DNA of 64,000 bases, taken from positions 8,256 to 72,255 of the IMG/VR virus record IMGVR_UViG_3300004369_000010; one strand, 5' to 3'. The stretch comes from a virus. Within the stretch, counting starts at the first letter, position 1. The number at the start of each line of letters is the position of its first letter. The notes under the pieces were generated by a model, which was given only the letters and a program-made list of their open reading frames with translations, was not told where the DNA came from and searched no databases. Made by a program: the position numbers and the translations under genes. This document shows positions 20,691 to 30,423 of this stretch, in pieces.

Positions 20691-21767
20691 TTAGAGATAA
20701 TTATCAAACACATTTGACCAGGTAGAAGCCATATTTTTGACATCCAGCTCATTTTTTACGATTTCCAGTTGCTCTTTGGCTTCCTTGGATCGCACACCTA
20801 TATGGCACAACTCCTCCAGGTGTTCCGTCCACTCTTCTTTTGTTGACGCGAGTCTGCCGATTCCGTACTCGTCCTTTAGGCGTCTATATTCTCCGACATC
20901 TGACGCAACAAAGGGGATTCCAGCTGATGCGTATTCAATCCCTTTAATCCATGACTTGGCCCAGTTGAAAGGAATGTCGTTCAGCGGAGCTAAACCAATG
21001 TCAAACTGAAACGACAGTTTCGCGTATTTCTGGGGATGATGCATGGGTGTTTTGCTAACTTTGTCCCGAGGTATGCCAACTCGATCAGCGAACCAAACTG
21101 CTGAGTCAACATGGCCAGAGTGGTGACAGCGAAATCCCTTACTACCTAGAACACCCTGAAGAAGTTCCAGGTCGCCTGAACGGTGAGAAGTTGATCCGAC
21201 CCAACCGACAACAGGTTTTTTATTACGGAAATATCGCTTATCGAAATCAGCGACCGTTACACAATTATGAACTAGATGAACATTTTTGCAATTGAATTCA
21301 TTTTTCATCTTGTTGAACAAAAAAGGAGTAGACGATATTACCCCGTCACCCAATTGAATTATTTTTTTGTAATGTTCAATATTTTCGTCTTTATTGAAGT
21401 CGGGGTGCGTCAGTTTGTATGCATGGTTATCCTCATGTAAACCCCAGTACCAGTCATCAATATCGTTAAGAATTACTGGTCCATTTGGATTTCTGTTCTC
21501 CAGCTTTTCTACGAGCGCACCAAACATCAACCGCTGTAACACAATAATGTCGCAGTCGTAATGGGTGTTACCGAACCAGTCAATAACGCCCATTCCCTTG
21601 TCTTTATGATGCACTAGCAAACCCGTTACAGACGGATGCTTAAGGTGTGGCCTATTTTGTTGTAGTCGAACCCAATTAGACCCACCTGGAACTGGACCCT
21701 GATCCGTTGTAAGCGTGCGCGACCAATCAGTTGAAGCGATACCAATTTTTACTCTTTTGCCCATCAA
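20691..21767 (-). CDS. GT-B glycosyltransferase
   Basis: DIDDW, VGWVGSTSH..DL, DIGLAPL...FNWAKSWIKGIEYASAGIPFVASDVGEY. Confidence 0.85.
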   Translation of the reverse strand: MMGKRVKIGIASTDWSRTLTTDQGPVPGGSNWVRLQQNRPHLKHPSVTGLLVHHKDKGMGVIDWFGNTHYDCDIIVLQRLMFGALVEKLENRNPNGPVILNDIDDWYWGLHEDNHAYKLTHPDFNKDENIEHYKKIIQLGDGVISSTPFLFNKMKNEFNCKNVHLVHNCVTVADFDKRYFRNKKPVVGWVGSTSHRSGDLELLQGVLGSKGFRCHHSGHVDSAVWFADRVGIPRDKVSKTPMHHPQKYAKLSFQFDIGLAPLNDIPFNWAKSWIKGIEYASAGIPFVASDVGEYRRLKDEYGIGRLASTKEEWTEHLEELCHIGVRSKEAKEQLEIVKNELDVKNMASTWSNVFDNYL

Positions 21768-21829
21768 TTAATCTCCAAGCGTTACCAACGCTGAGACTAT
21801 AGCAAATCCATGTCAAACGGTATTTGGTG

Positions 21830-22000
21830 TTAGTTATTGTTATTGCCCTGGCGGCCACGCAAGCGACGACCAACTCCGCGTGAGCCACGAGCCAAAGCCC
21901 TCAACATTGCCGCCAAAGCACGACGCCACCACGACGGTCGACGACCATCACGTGCATCTGGGCTAATTTCCTCATCAGGCAAGTTATTAGGGGTGGGCAT
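21830..22000 (-). CDS. small Arg-rich protein (56 aa, below ORF-track cutoff)
   Basis: MPTPNNLPDEEISPDARDGRRPSWWRRALAAMLRALARGSRGVGRRLRGRQGNNNN; GGAGA upstream; fills the gap. Confidence 0.6.
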   Translation of the reverse strand: MPTPNNLPDEEISPDARDGRRPSWWRRALAAMLRALARGSRGVGRRLRGRQGNNNN

Positions 22001-22051
22001 TTCTTCTCCGTCCGACTGAACAAGAATAGCATCTCAGCACCAACAAGAATT

Positions 22052-22612
22052 TTACCGATCTGGATTGGGTGGCCTTTCAATGAATCCCGCCTGCTCGGTA
22101 AGGCTGGCTGGGGCTTCAACCGGAACCCATGCTTGTGAGTACTTGTGTTGGGCAACTTTCCGGTTCTTAATGAGAGTGCCATCAATCATTAGATCAATTT
22201 CATCATTCCTCATGACAAGCATCCTCTTTAAATCGGTTTCCGCATAGCGGCCCGACATAATGATGTCCCTAAAAATGCGAGACATCCTTTTCGCCTGAGT
22301 TGCCCCCTTGGCCCTATTCAGGCGGAGATGCAGAAGCATCGCATCAATATCGCCACAGTCTTCATAGATCACTGGAACTAAGCCCTTGTATGTTTTTCTA
22401 ATGGACTTTATTGAACCCGCAATCTCCCAGCGATAGTGACCATCAATGATGACACCCTTGGACTTCTGAACCACAATAGGTTGCAGCCATCCATAGTCGT
22501 CCATGGAGCGTGCGAGTACCTCCAAGTCGGGGGCCAACACATATGATGCCCGCCACGAAGCAGGCTTTAAAGTTGAGCCATCAACCCACACAATATTTTC
22601 ATTCGGCTTCAC
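22052..22612 (-). CDS. ParB/Srx-like protein (IbrB-like)
   Basis: GWLQPIVV...IIDGHYRW...LNRAKG. Confidence 0.85.
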   Translation of the reverse strand: MKPNENIVWVDGSTLKPASWRASYVLAPDLEVLARSMDDYGWLQPIVVQKSKGVIIDGHYRWEIAGSIKSIRKTYKGLVPVIYEDCGDIDAMLLHLRLNRAKGATQAKRMSRIFRDIIMSGRYAETDLKRMLVMRNDEIDLMIDGTLIKNRKVAQHKYSQAWVPVEAPASLTEQAGFIERPPNPDR

Positions 22613-22614
22613 AT

Positions 22615-23778
22615 TTACCTCAAATCATCAACGGAATCAAGGGCATCCAAACTAGCCATTTCCTGTGCCTCTTCCATCTGAATCGTATACGCACGAGTCT
22701 TCGGCCCAATCGGATTGACAGAAGTGATATTAAACTCGTTTAACAAAATATTTCTAATCAGCCAATGTATCGGATACGAATTCGGATCCTTGGCATGCTT
22801 CTTCCTAAACTCCGCTGCGAATGCCATAGCCCGTTTCTTTAAGCCAGGCGTTAGCACATTATCGTCAATGCACAGACGTACGCCCTTCCACCCATCACGA
22901 GCGTACATCTTGATCATTTGTTCAACGTCAAACTCCGCCCAGCATCTCCTCTGCGCATCAATTTGCGGAAAGCATTCGTACAGTCGGTCATAAAACTCAG
23001 GCTCCGTAGCAACAACATCACCAATACGGCGAATGGCAACAGCGTGCAAAGGAATACCCACTCTGGTATTTGAGCCAGTAATCGCTGCGAGGTCATAGTA
23101 CTCGCAGTATGAGGCGTTGTGTTCTTCCGTGATGAACTTGAGAACATCGTCAGTCGTCCAGTCATAAATCACCTTCGCAAATCTCAGCGGAATTGACTTC
23201 TTCATACGAAACGGTACATTGATGTAGTTCTCATGCAACTTTTGAACACACGACCGATATCGGATCATTGACTCATTTGCTCTAACGCCAGTAATAAACG
23301 CCGTTCTACCCTTCTTGCCCTGCATTGTGTAATAGTCAATTGATTCGGGAATTGCTTGGGACGGATTTAAACCGAAATGTTCAGCCGTAATCGCCCAATG
23401 TGGCATATCTCGATAAAGACGCCCCTCTTTTGCTCGTTTCGGAGACCAGAGAAGACAATACTCCCTCCTACCCAGCACCCAGATTTCTTGGCCCTGAGGA
23501 AGGCAATACCACTCCATATCAACCCAGTCGTAGTTTCGCACCTCCTCAATAAATGACAACACCGCTGGAGAAACCATCTCTTCATCACGGAAAATAACCT
23601 TCACAGGTCCGAGGTTCCGTTCCTCGTGAATTTCCTTGGCTAGGTACAAGATCGCTGTTGAATCTTTGCCTCCAGAAAACTGCACGCAAACGGTATCAAA
23701 TGTGTCGTAAACATGGCGCATTCGCTCGCGCGCCGCATCAACACAGTTGATATCAAGAAACATACGTTGCCGAGTCAT
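22615..23778 (-). CDS. PAPS-reductase/PP-loop family protein (IbrA-like)
   Basis: FSGGKDS PP-loop, GVRANESMIR, IYDWTTDDV. Confidence 0.85.
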   Translation of the reverse strand: MTRQRMFLDINCVDAARERMRHVYDTFDTVCVQFSGGKDSTAILYLAKEIHEERNLGPVKVIFRDEEMVSPAVLSFIEEVRNYDWVDMEWYCLPQGQEIWVLGRREYCLLWSPKRAKEGRLYRDMPHWAITAEHFGLNPSQAIPESIDYYTMQGKKGRTAFITGVRANESMIRYRSCVQKLHENYINVPFRMKKSIPLRFAKVIYDWTTDDVLKFITEEHNASYCEYYDLAAITGSNTRVGIPLHAVAIRRIGDVVATEPEFYDRLYECFPQIDAQRRCWAEFDVEQMIKMYARDGWKGVRLCIDDNVLTPGLKKRAMAFAAEFRKKHAKDPNSYPIHWLIRNILLNEFNITSVNPIGPKTRAYTIQMEEAQEMASLDALDSVDDLR

Positions 23779-24326
23779 AAGGCTTCTTTGGGCATCAAAT
23801 TTTTGTGGATTTTACGTAGCCGCTCTAGACGCTCAACACGAATGTTTTTCTTGATGTTAATATGCGATCCCGGTTTTGCTCCGAGCATCTCAGCAATTTC
23901 TGTTTTTTTGAAACCAATATCAACTAGATCCTTCACAAGTTGCTTGGCTTCGCCTGCTGGAACCCACGAATACGGGTGCGGATCAATTGCAGCAACACCA
24001 AGTATGCGGTCACTTGTATTTTTACGAATCTGGTCGCACTTGCCCTGTCGAATTCGTAGAAGCCTAGATACAGCAACTCCTGAGCGTTCAGAAATCGTTC
24101 GTAACCCGATCTTCTTTTGCCCCAAAAACAGTAAGTGAATTCTGGCATTCCTAGCATTTACCATTCGTACGGGTCGAGCCTCAATGCCTAATTTTTCTCT
24201 ACGCCGTTCGCGAGACATGTTCAATTCATACACTCGGTGCGCCTCTTTGCACTCATTACACCTACATCCACTTGCATAGGTTGAATGTCTGCCATGAGTG
24301 ACAGGCTTCCGACTATTTGCTGTCAT
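23775..24326 (-). CDS. zinc-ribbon plus HTH DNA-binding protein
   Basis: HG..STY..GCRCNECKEA followed by HTH-like segments (LRTISERSGVAVSRL; KTEIAEMLG). Confidence 0.7.
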   Translation of the reverse strand: MTANSRKPVTHGRHSTYASGCRCNECKEAHRVYELNMSRERRREKLGIEARPVRMVNARNARIHLLFLGQKKIGLRTISERSGVAVSRLLRIRQGKCDQIRKNTSDRILGVAAIDPHPYSWVPAGEAKQLVKDLVDIGFKKTEIAEMLGAKPGSHINIKKNIRVERLERLRKIHKNLMPKEAL

Positions 24327-24335
24327 ATTTAATCC

Positions 24336-25106
24336 TCAGAAGTCAGCGTGCGCGTCAATAAAATTCATAAGCCGTTGCGCTGTTGTATCACCATCAATTG
24401 ATGGCTCCGTTCTCAACCAACGAATAAACGAATACCATTTAGCCTGCTGGTCAGCATCATCAAAAACCAAAGAGTATTGAACGACGGCTTTAGTTGATCC
24501 AGACGCACCAATACCAGTGCTTCCCGTCGCCGCAACAGAACGAGCGTCAACATTCATTGATGGAACAATCTTCGCCCCATCTTCAGTCTGCTCTACAGCA
24601 ATGTTTTGAATTGGTGCGGAATCTGGGTTAACAATCACGGGCGCTACATATCCCGACTCTTCAAGCGAGTCCAATCTGCTTGCCTGAATATCCAACGCTG
24701 CTAGCTCAAACTCATCCCACTGAAGATCAACGAGCAGATCTGAATACGACTCAACTACCGTACCCAGCATGTCGTTCAGAAGTTGAGGGTCGGTATAACC
24801 CAACTCAGTCGTGCGATTATCTGCCAGAGCAAAAGCTACAGCCTCCTGTTCGGACGAATCAAAAATAACAGCAGCTATCTTTGACCATCCCAACTGCCTT
24901 GCAGCCCGCACCTGATGATTGCCCGCAATGACCGTATAGGTCCCATCAGTATTATCCCGAACTACAATTGGTCGAAGTTGTCCGAATTGCTCATAGGACG
25001 CAACAATTGCATCAACATTGCCCTTTCGAGGGTTGCCCTCAAGATGAACCAGTTTGTTTAAATCTATTGTTAACGCCTCTAGCGATTTATCAATTTTTTC
25101 CGTCAT
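24336..25106 (-). CDS. ParB N-terminal domain protein
   Basis: NPRKGNVDAIVASYEQFGQLRPIVV...VIAGNH...ALADNRT. Confidence 0.85.
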   Translation of the reverse strand: MTEKIDKSLEALTIDLNKLVHLEGNPRKGNVDAIVASYEQFGQLRPIVVRDNTDGTYTVIAGNHQVRAARQLGWSKIAAVIFDSSEQEAVAFALADNRTTELGYTDPQLLNDMLGTVVESYSDLLVDLQWDEFELAALDIQASRLDSLEESGYVAPVIVNPDSAPIQNIAVEQTEDGAKIVPSMNVDARSVAATGSTGIGASGSTKAVVQYSLVFDDADQQAKWYSFIRWLRTEPSIDGDTTAQRLMNFIDAHADF

Positions 25107-25107
25107 G

Positions 25108-25575
25108 TCATACTCCTAGTTCCATGTCCGAAACTTCAACAATGTCAACTTTAGCGCTGAACAGAAACTCTCGCACCCTGTTCCAATCCTTGTAGGACGA
25201 GTCCGAAAAGCACACCACTTTACGAACGCCAGAACTCGCAATTTGTTTAGCACATCCAAAACATGGAGGTCCGTTGACTATCAATGTCGCCCCTGCTCTT
25301 TGGGCAGGATCAGTCCACAATAGAGCATTAGCCTCTGCGTGCTGAGCGATGCAATTATCGTAAACACTACCGTTAGCCGAATTCATACTTAACCTTGGGC
25401 AGAAACCTTCCGAGCAATGGCCCATCCCTGGGGGCGAACCGTTATAGCCGAAACCAATTACTCGCCCAGTTTCTTCCAAAACAACAGCGGCATATTGCTT
25501 TTTGGAACAGGTTGAAAACTGATGGGCCATCACCGGCAACACCTTCAACCAATTCCGTTCACGACGCAAAATCAT
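25108..25575 (-). CDS. dCMP deaminase
   Basis: GYNGSPPG, HAEANAL, PCFGC. Confidence 0.9.
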   Translation of the reverse strand: MILRRERNWLKVLPVMAHQFSTCSKKQYAAVVLEETGRVIGFGYNGSPPGMGHCSEGFCPRLSMNSANGSVYDNCIAQHAEANALLWTDPAQRAGATLIVNGPPCFGCAKQIASSGVRKVVCFSDSSYKDWNRVREFLFSAKVDIVEVSDMELGV

Positions 25576-25916
25576 GAACTTACTTGCTGTCTCACATTTG
25601 CCGCCAATGTCCGCAACGCATCAATACTCGTCCTCAATGAAGACAACTTCTCGCGTTTTGCTTTCACCAAGGCCTCGGACACCTTCCAAGCAAAAATTTC
25701 GCTCTCTAACTTATAATCCGACCAGGCTTCCCGTTCCCGAATTGACCCCTTCGCCGACAAGTACTCTTTCGCCCAAGCCGACTTATAGGTCGCTTCCTTG
25801 TTCGCTGCATCCTGTGCAAGAACCTCAAAGGTTTCGGTTTCATCTTCTAACATGCCCGTCAAGCGAAGAATTTCTTCTTCAATCTCAACTTGGCTAATAG
25901 GTGCGGATCGACGCAT
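25572..25916 (-). CDS. helical protein, possibly UvsY-like recombination mediator
   Basis: coiled-coil pattern near recombination genes; family call is weak. Confidence 0.4.
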   Translation of the reverse strand: MRRSAPISQVEIEEEILRLTGMLEDETETFEVLAQDAANKEATYKSAWAKEYLSAKGSIREREAWSDYKLESEIFAWKVSEALVKAKREKLSSLRTSIDALRTLAANVRQQVSS

Positions 25917-25935
25917 ACTTCTCCCTCAAACTTAG

Positions 25936-26163
25936 TTAGTTGATAATTTTAAAAATTGTTGACCACAACATTGGCCACTCAGTTGAATGTCTCACCAAGA
26001 TTCGTCGATGCCACGTTGGGTTAGAACCCTCTTCTAGAACCCTCATACGAAGTTCATCAATCAGCAACTCTAATTCGTTGACCTTCTCCCGAGTCATACA
26101 AAGTTCTTCCTCCAACCGCATCCGCGACACTTGAAGGTCACCAATAATTGCATCATGTTCCAT
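25936..26163 (-). CDS. hypothetical protein
   Basis: ATG at 26163 with GAGGA upstream; overlaps the RuvC-like stop. Confidence 0.55.
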   Translation of the reverse strand: MEHDAIIGDLQVSRMRLEEELCMTREKVNELELLIDELRMRVLEEGSNPTWHRRILVRHSTEWPMLWSTIFKIIN

Positions 26164-26680
26164 AGCGTTCCTCCACAACCGACCAGTCAACTTTGTCCAA
26201 GGCCAACCTGTTACCACTTGGCCACTGAAACCGTTCCGTTCCCATTAAGCATCGCCCCATTTCCTCCAAAATCCAGGCATCACACATATCATCTGCACCG
26301 GAACCTGACCAAACAATTCCCGTTCTGGCTGATACAGCAGAAAGCACCTCGGCCTTACTTGAGTTCCCCTTCCCCGTAGCAAACTTCGCCCTAGCCGTAG
26401 GGGCCACCTCGGTAAACGGGATCCCTGCACGCCACAAACTCACCCTCACAACACCACCAAGTTCTCCGATGGAATGCGCTTGACTATTGCGACTGGAAAA
26501 AGAGTAACCCTCCACGACAACTGCTGGATTCTCGGCCTGCCTTACGACACCTAATATTTCTTCGGACATGATATGAAGCCGTTCAGCTCCCTTTTTGTTA
26601 GTTGAGATACAGGTAGTTGTATCGTTACCCGAAATGCCCGTTGATGTCAACGACAAATCCAAACCAAAAACTGTAATCAC
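26153..26680 (-). CDS. ruvC: RuvC-like Holliday junction resolvase
   Basis: GLDLSLTSTG, VVVEG, KFATGKGNSSKAEV, DDMCDA. Confidence 0.85.
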   Translation of the reverse strand: MITVFGLDLSLTSTGISGNDTTTCISTNKKGAERLHIMSEEILGVVRQAENPAVVVEGYSFSSRNSQAHSIGELGGVVRVSLWRAGIPFTEVAPTARAKFATGKGNSSKAEVLSAVSARTGIVWSGSGADDMCDAWILEEMGRCLMGTERFQWPSGNRLALDKVDWSVVEERYGT

Positions 26681-27399
26681 TACGAATCCTTCAAAAAGTT
26701 CAGAACATGTTTGGGGCGACGACGCCTATTGAATGCCCAAACTTCTTTCCATCTTTGGGGTCCCGTAATTACATGAAGTTGCCCATATCGCTCTCTTTCG
26801 CTAATTAGTGGAGTCTTCTCAATTTCACCAACGCTGAACCGAGTCTCAGAAGGATGGTAAAACTTCACCTGATAAATAGGTGAGTCTTGAGATATCCGCA
26901 CCCACTGGTTAAACTCAACCCTAAACGCATACGATGTTCCGCGAAACCACTCGTAAATATTGAACTGACCTCGAATGGGTTCTGGATTGGTCTGACCCTG
27001 GGCGGATTGAACCGTCATCACAACATCAGGATCATCCGAAATAAATATCCAAAACGGCAACAAACCTAACTGAACAATCCCATGTTCAATGTCTGCGGTA
27101 TTCAGCACTCTGCCCAAAGAGGCTGAAGGGAGGGAGCAGTTTTCCTCATCAAACTCCACATACATATGCCCGTGATCGTCTTGCACCACCCTAAAGCGCA
27201 AATCGTAATTAACCGAAATGTTAAACGCTGACAATACATAGTCATTGAATGCTGGACATCGCCGCGCATCCCCATCAACAGGGATCGTTTCTCTCACGGG
27301 GTGAAAAGCGGGATGAGCCGCCAATGTGGCCCCAATGTCTGTTGAGCCTCCCGCTGCACAGTAACCGACCCTAATCATCGCCTTGTTCTTCCCAGCCAT
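26680..27399 (-). CDS. hypothetical phage protein
   Basis: 239-aa ORF coupled to neighbours; RCPAFND and GQFNIYEWFR motifs. Confidence 0.6.
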   Translation of the reverse strand: MAGKNKAMIRVGYCAAGGSTDIGATLAAHPAFHPVRETIPVDGDARRCPAFNDYVLSAFNISVNYDLRFRVVQDDHGHMYVEFDEENCSLPSASLGRVLNTADIEHGIVQLGLLPFWIFISDDPDVVMTVQSAQGQTNPEPIRGQFNIYEWFRGTSYAFRVEFNQWVRISQDSPIYQVKFYHPSETRFSVGEIEKTPLISERERYGQLHVITGPQRWKEVWAFNRRRRPKHVLNFLKDS

Positions 27400-27721
27400 G
27401 AATAGACAGCCCTAGTTCAAATGCCAATGCTGGATGATCACCTATCCGTCTATGGCACGGCCTACACACCGCCAACAGGTTGCGTTCATCAAGAATTGAT
27501 CCACCTTGTGAACGTCGTTTGAGTTCATGAATATCTACCGACGGTTGAGCTACATATGTCACCAAGCCGTCATACTTGGCAAATATTGGACACGCCTGAC
27601 ACATAGGGCGCTCCTTGAGGAGACGCTCTACCAACGGACGACGTTCCCGATACTTTTTTTCTGTCTTCTTGGAGCGAGGTCGCAAGGGACCTGATCGTCT
27701 TAATCCCTTTTTCCGCTCCAC
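27371..27721 (-). CDS. HNH endonuclease
   Basis: CQAC...DIHELKRRSQGG....NLLAVCRPCH. Confidence 0.85.
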   Translation of the reverse strand: MERKKGLRRSGPLRPRSKKTEKKYRERRPLVERLLKERPMCQACPIFAKYDGLVTYVAQPSVDIHELKRRSQGGSILDERNLLAVCRPCHRRIGDHPALAFELGLSIHGWEEQGDD

Positions 27722-27724
27722 TTT

Positions 27725-27922
27725 TTAGGATTCCGTTGGTGAACTAGCTTCTGGCGAACCACGACGCTTGTTGCGCCATTCCTTCATATAGGTTCGCTGA
27801 TATTCCTTATTGCCCTCAATGCACGGTTGACAGCGACAACCGCGTACATAACCTGTTCGGTTGTGTACAAGCTTTCTCGCTGTTTTCACTTCAGTGCTTT
27901 CGGGGTTTGTGGCGGTGTTCAA
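27725..27922 (-). CDS. small zinc-ribbon protein
   Basis: HNRTGYVRGCRCQPC. Confidence 0.6.
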   Translation of the reverse strand: MNTATNPESTEVKTARKLVHNRTGYVRGCRCQPCIEGNKEYQRTYMKEWRNKRRGSPEASSPTES

Positions 27923-28422
27923 CTGAAATCCTCCGGTGTGATATTTTCAAAGTCCCAGTGGCCATCTAGCGTAGACCAAAGAGCCCTGTCAATGACGGTG
28001 TCTTCCAGATCATACTCGTACATGAGTTCTTTGTGTCGCCGAATCGCCCTTTGGAGGGTGAGCAATTTTGTCATTGCATCATCTTCAATTTCAACACCTG
28101 TGTCAATCATCAAAGTTACTTGATTTAGCCGATTTTCAACATGGAAACGAAAACGATCAATTTTCTTTTTCCTCATTTCGTAACTAGCCAATGATTCGGT
28201 GAGTAGGATACTGCCCCCGTCAATGGCGGAGTATCGTTCCGTATCCATCTCCGCATCAGCCTCAATTCGCTCCAACTGCCCATCCAGGTTCTCAATTAGA
28301 GCAAGAAGCGCCTGTTGCCATCTGTGCCAGTTTGTTTTCTGCAACAAAAACGCTCGACTATCTCTCGTTGCCCTGTTCTTGACTTCTTCGGCAACCAATT
28401 TGGCAAAAGCGTCATCATTCAT
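27919..28422 (-). CDS. hypothetical coiled-coil protein
   Basis: ATG at 28422 just after the exonuclease stop. Confidence 0.6.
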   Translation of the reverse strand: MNDDAFAKLVAEEVKNRATRDSRAFLLQKTNWHRWQQALLALIENLDGQLERIEADAEMDTERYSAIDGGSILLTESLASYEMRKKKIDRFRFHVENRLNQVTLMIDTGVEIEDDAMTKLLTLQRAIRRHKELMYEYDLEDTVIDRALWSTLDGHWDFENITPEDFS

Positions 28423-28429
28423 GGCTGGC

Positions 28430-29197
28430 TCACTTACCCCACGCTGGGCATGCTGATTTGAACGCACACCAATTGCAAAGCGTTGATTTGACTGGCTCAA
28501 AATTTCCTGTCTCACAGCGATGATCTATTCCTTCTTTTGTTTTAAGAATTACCTGTGTGGCATCTTCTATTCGTTTTGTTGTGACTTGCCTAGATAATAC
28601 GACCGGCTTTTTAAGGTATATGAGATCAAGTCGTTTTGCTTCACCTATACCCATGCTTAGCATCAGCGCGGCATAAACCGAAAGTTGGAAAAACTTATCC
28701 TCTTCCCACTTAGCCGCTGGAACCTTGCCCGTTTTGTAGTCGGAAATAACAATTTTCCCATCAGTTTCATCAACTGTAAACCTATCAATGAAACCCTTGA
28801 GTTGAACTCCTTCTACCGACCCATTAAGTTCAAACTCAATGCCGTCTAATTCTGTTTCAGTAGGCTTTTCTACTTTCCACAAGTTTTCAATACAAAACCA
28901 AGCGTTCCACCGAAAATTGTTAAAAGCAGTCGGATGGACATAGCCTTCTACCTCCATTACATACTTGTCATCCCAGATTTTTCTAGCAATGTTTCGTGCC
29001 GTCTGCTGATCGCGCATATCTGGATCAGTTGCATATAAAACTTCTAGCACTTCATGAACGAAATTTCCAAGCAAACTTGCCTCGCTGGGCGGCTCTGGAA
29101 GTCGATCAATACGCGAATATTTAAACCGCAATGGACACTGTTTGAAGGTGTTGATAGACGACGGCGACAAATATTCAGGCGCTTTAAGTGCTGACAC
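28430..29197 (-). CDS. Cas4/RecB-like PD-(D/E)XK exonuclease
   Basis: LSPSSINTFKQCP, GNFVHEVLE, GFIDR, DYKTG, QLSVY, CNWCAFKSAC. Confidence 0.9.
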   Translation of the reverse strand: MSALKAPEYLSPSSINTFKQCPLRFKYSRIDRLPEPPSEASLLGNFVHEVLEVLYATDPDMRDQQTARNIARKIWDDKYVMEVEGYVHPTAFNNFRWNAWFCIENLWKVEKPTETELDGIEFELNGSVEGVQLKGFIDRFTVDETDGKIVISDYKTGKVPAAKWEEDKFFQLSVYAALMLSMGIGEAKRLDLIYLKKPVVLSRQVTTKRIEDATQVILKTKEGIDHRCETGNFEPVKSTLCNWCAFKSACPAWGK

Positions 29198-29883
29198 TAC
29201 TCAGACACCTCTTCATTTTCAATGATTTCCATTCCACCCAGAATCAACCGAGTCGTTTCAATCGTAACCGCCTCCAAGTCCGTCAATGTCCACTCGCCAA
29301 CATTCTTCGGCACTGGACGGCCTCCGCTGTATGACAACCAAAATTGCTTAAGTTTGGGTTTGTCATCATCGGGAAGTTCGTTTCGGAGTTCCATAAACCG
29401 CTCGTATGCGCTGGTGACAGCAGGATCCACGGGGAGAGGAGCAGATTCCATCGCTAACTCAATTTCCATCGCTTCAATATCCCGAGCCAAATAAAGACCT
29501 ACACCGAACTGTTGGAGGGCTTTCTTCGTAGCATCCGAAACAGCGCCCTTGAACTCGTCACCCAAATCAACGATCTCATTGTCTTTACGAGAACGCTTGA
29601 TTTTTTGCCCACCAAAACCATCATGAATGACATGACGACCATCAATATGCGCGCTAACACGAACATGAGCAACAACCCAGTCGGGATCTGACTGATCTCG
29701 TTCGCAACGAAGAATCTCGCTTGACCACCCACCGACACCAAGAACACGGTTCATTCGATTCGTTACTTCCGCAATTGGAAGGTATGTAAGTGATGCTCCA
29801 CCCTTACTGACCGTGCGCTCCATCTCCTGAGGAAACGGCTCACTCAAACGCTCATACACCTGATCCATGACTTTTCCTTTCAC
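29197..29883 (-). CDS. Rad52/Sak-like single-strand annealing protein
   Basis: LTYL...VTNRMNRVLG..GWS and KGAVSDATKKALQQFGVGLYL. Confidence 0.85.
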   Translation of the reverse strand: MKGKVMDQVYERLSEPFPQEMERTVSKGGASLTYLPIAEVTNRMNRVLGVGGWSSEILRCERDQSDPDWVVAHVRVSAHIDGRHVIHDGFGGQKIKRSRKDNEIVDLGDEFKGAVSDATKKALQQFGVGLYLARDIEAMEIELAMESAPLPVDPAVTSAYERFMELRNELPDDDKPKLKQFWLSYSGGRPVPKNVGEWTLTDLEAVTIETTRLILGGMEIIENEEVSE

Positions 29884-30383
29884 TTAGCCTTCCGCAGGCT
29901 GATTTTGGGTACAGATTCGCCAGACTCACAATAATCATCGGCATCTACGCCAATTTCTCGCAACGTTGTTACTTTCCAATACGAAATTCCTGCGAACTGA
30001 AGTAGTTTCGTAATCATCTCTTTTGTTGACAACTTGATTTCTCCAGTATCAAGATCAACAGCCATACGCTCAATGCGCTCTGCGACAACCTCGGCAATCT
30101 CAGCATGACGCCAAGCTTTTCGTGACTTGTCATAAATCTTTTCAACGACGGATCCATCTTCTCCAACAATCGGATCTCTGTCCGCCAGTAGTTGAATCAG
30201 AATCTTTTCCATTTCGCCATACGCCTCAGCCAGGTCAGATTTCAGGTGGCTGATTGCGATCAGAAGTTCACAAGCTGCTTTTTCGCTTAATGATTCGTCT
30301 TCTTTAAGGGCTGAAACTCGATCATAAAAGTCAAGCACTTGCTTATTGAAATCAATAACCCAATCGGGTAGGTTTTCTTGCAA
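29880..30383 (-). CDS. hypothetical protein of recombination module
   Basis: 167 aa; WKVTTLREIGVDADDYCE. Confidence 0.6.
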   Translation of the reverse strand: MQENLPDWVIDFNKQVLDFYDRVSALKEDESLSEKAACELLIAISHLKSDLAEAYGEMEKILIQLLADRDPIVGEDGSVVEKIYDKSRKAWRHAEIAEVVAERIERMAVDLDTGEIKLSTKEMITKLLQFAGISYWKVTTLREIGVDADDYCESGESVPKISLRKAK

Positions 30384-30423
30384 CAGTATCTCCTGACCTA
30401 AACGGGTAGTAACCCCGGTTTTG

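Noticed and set aside
28430-29197. Cas4-like gene as a sign of a CRISPR system
   Set aside because: No repeat-spacer array or other cas genes seen; it sits beside a Rad52-like SSAP as a normal phage recombination exonuclease
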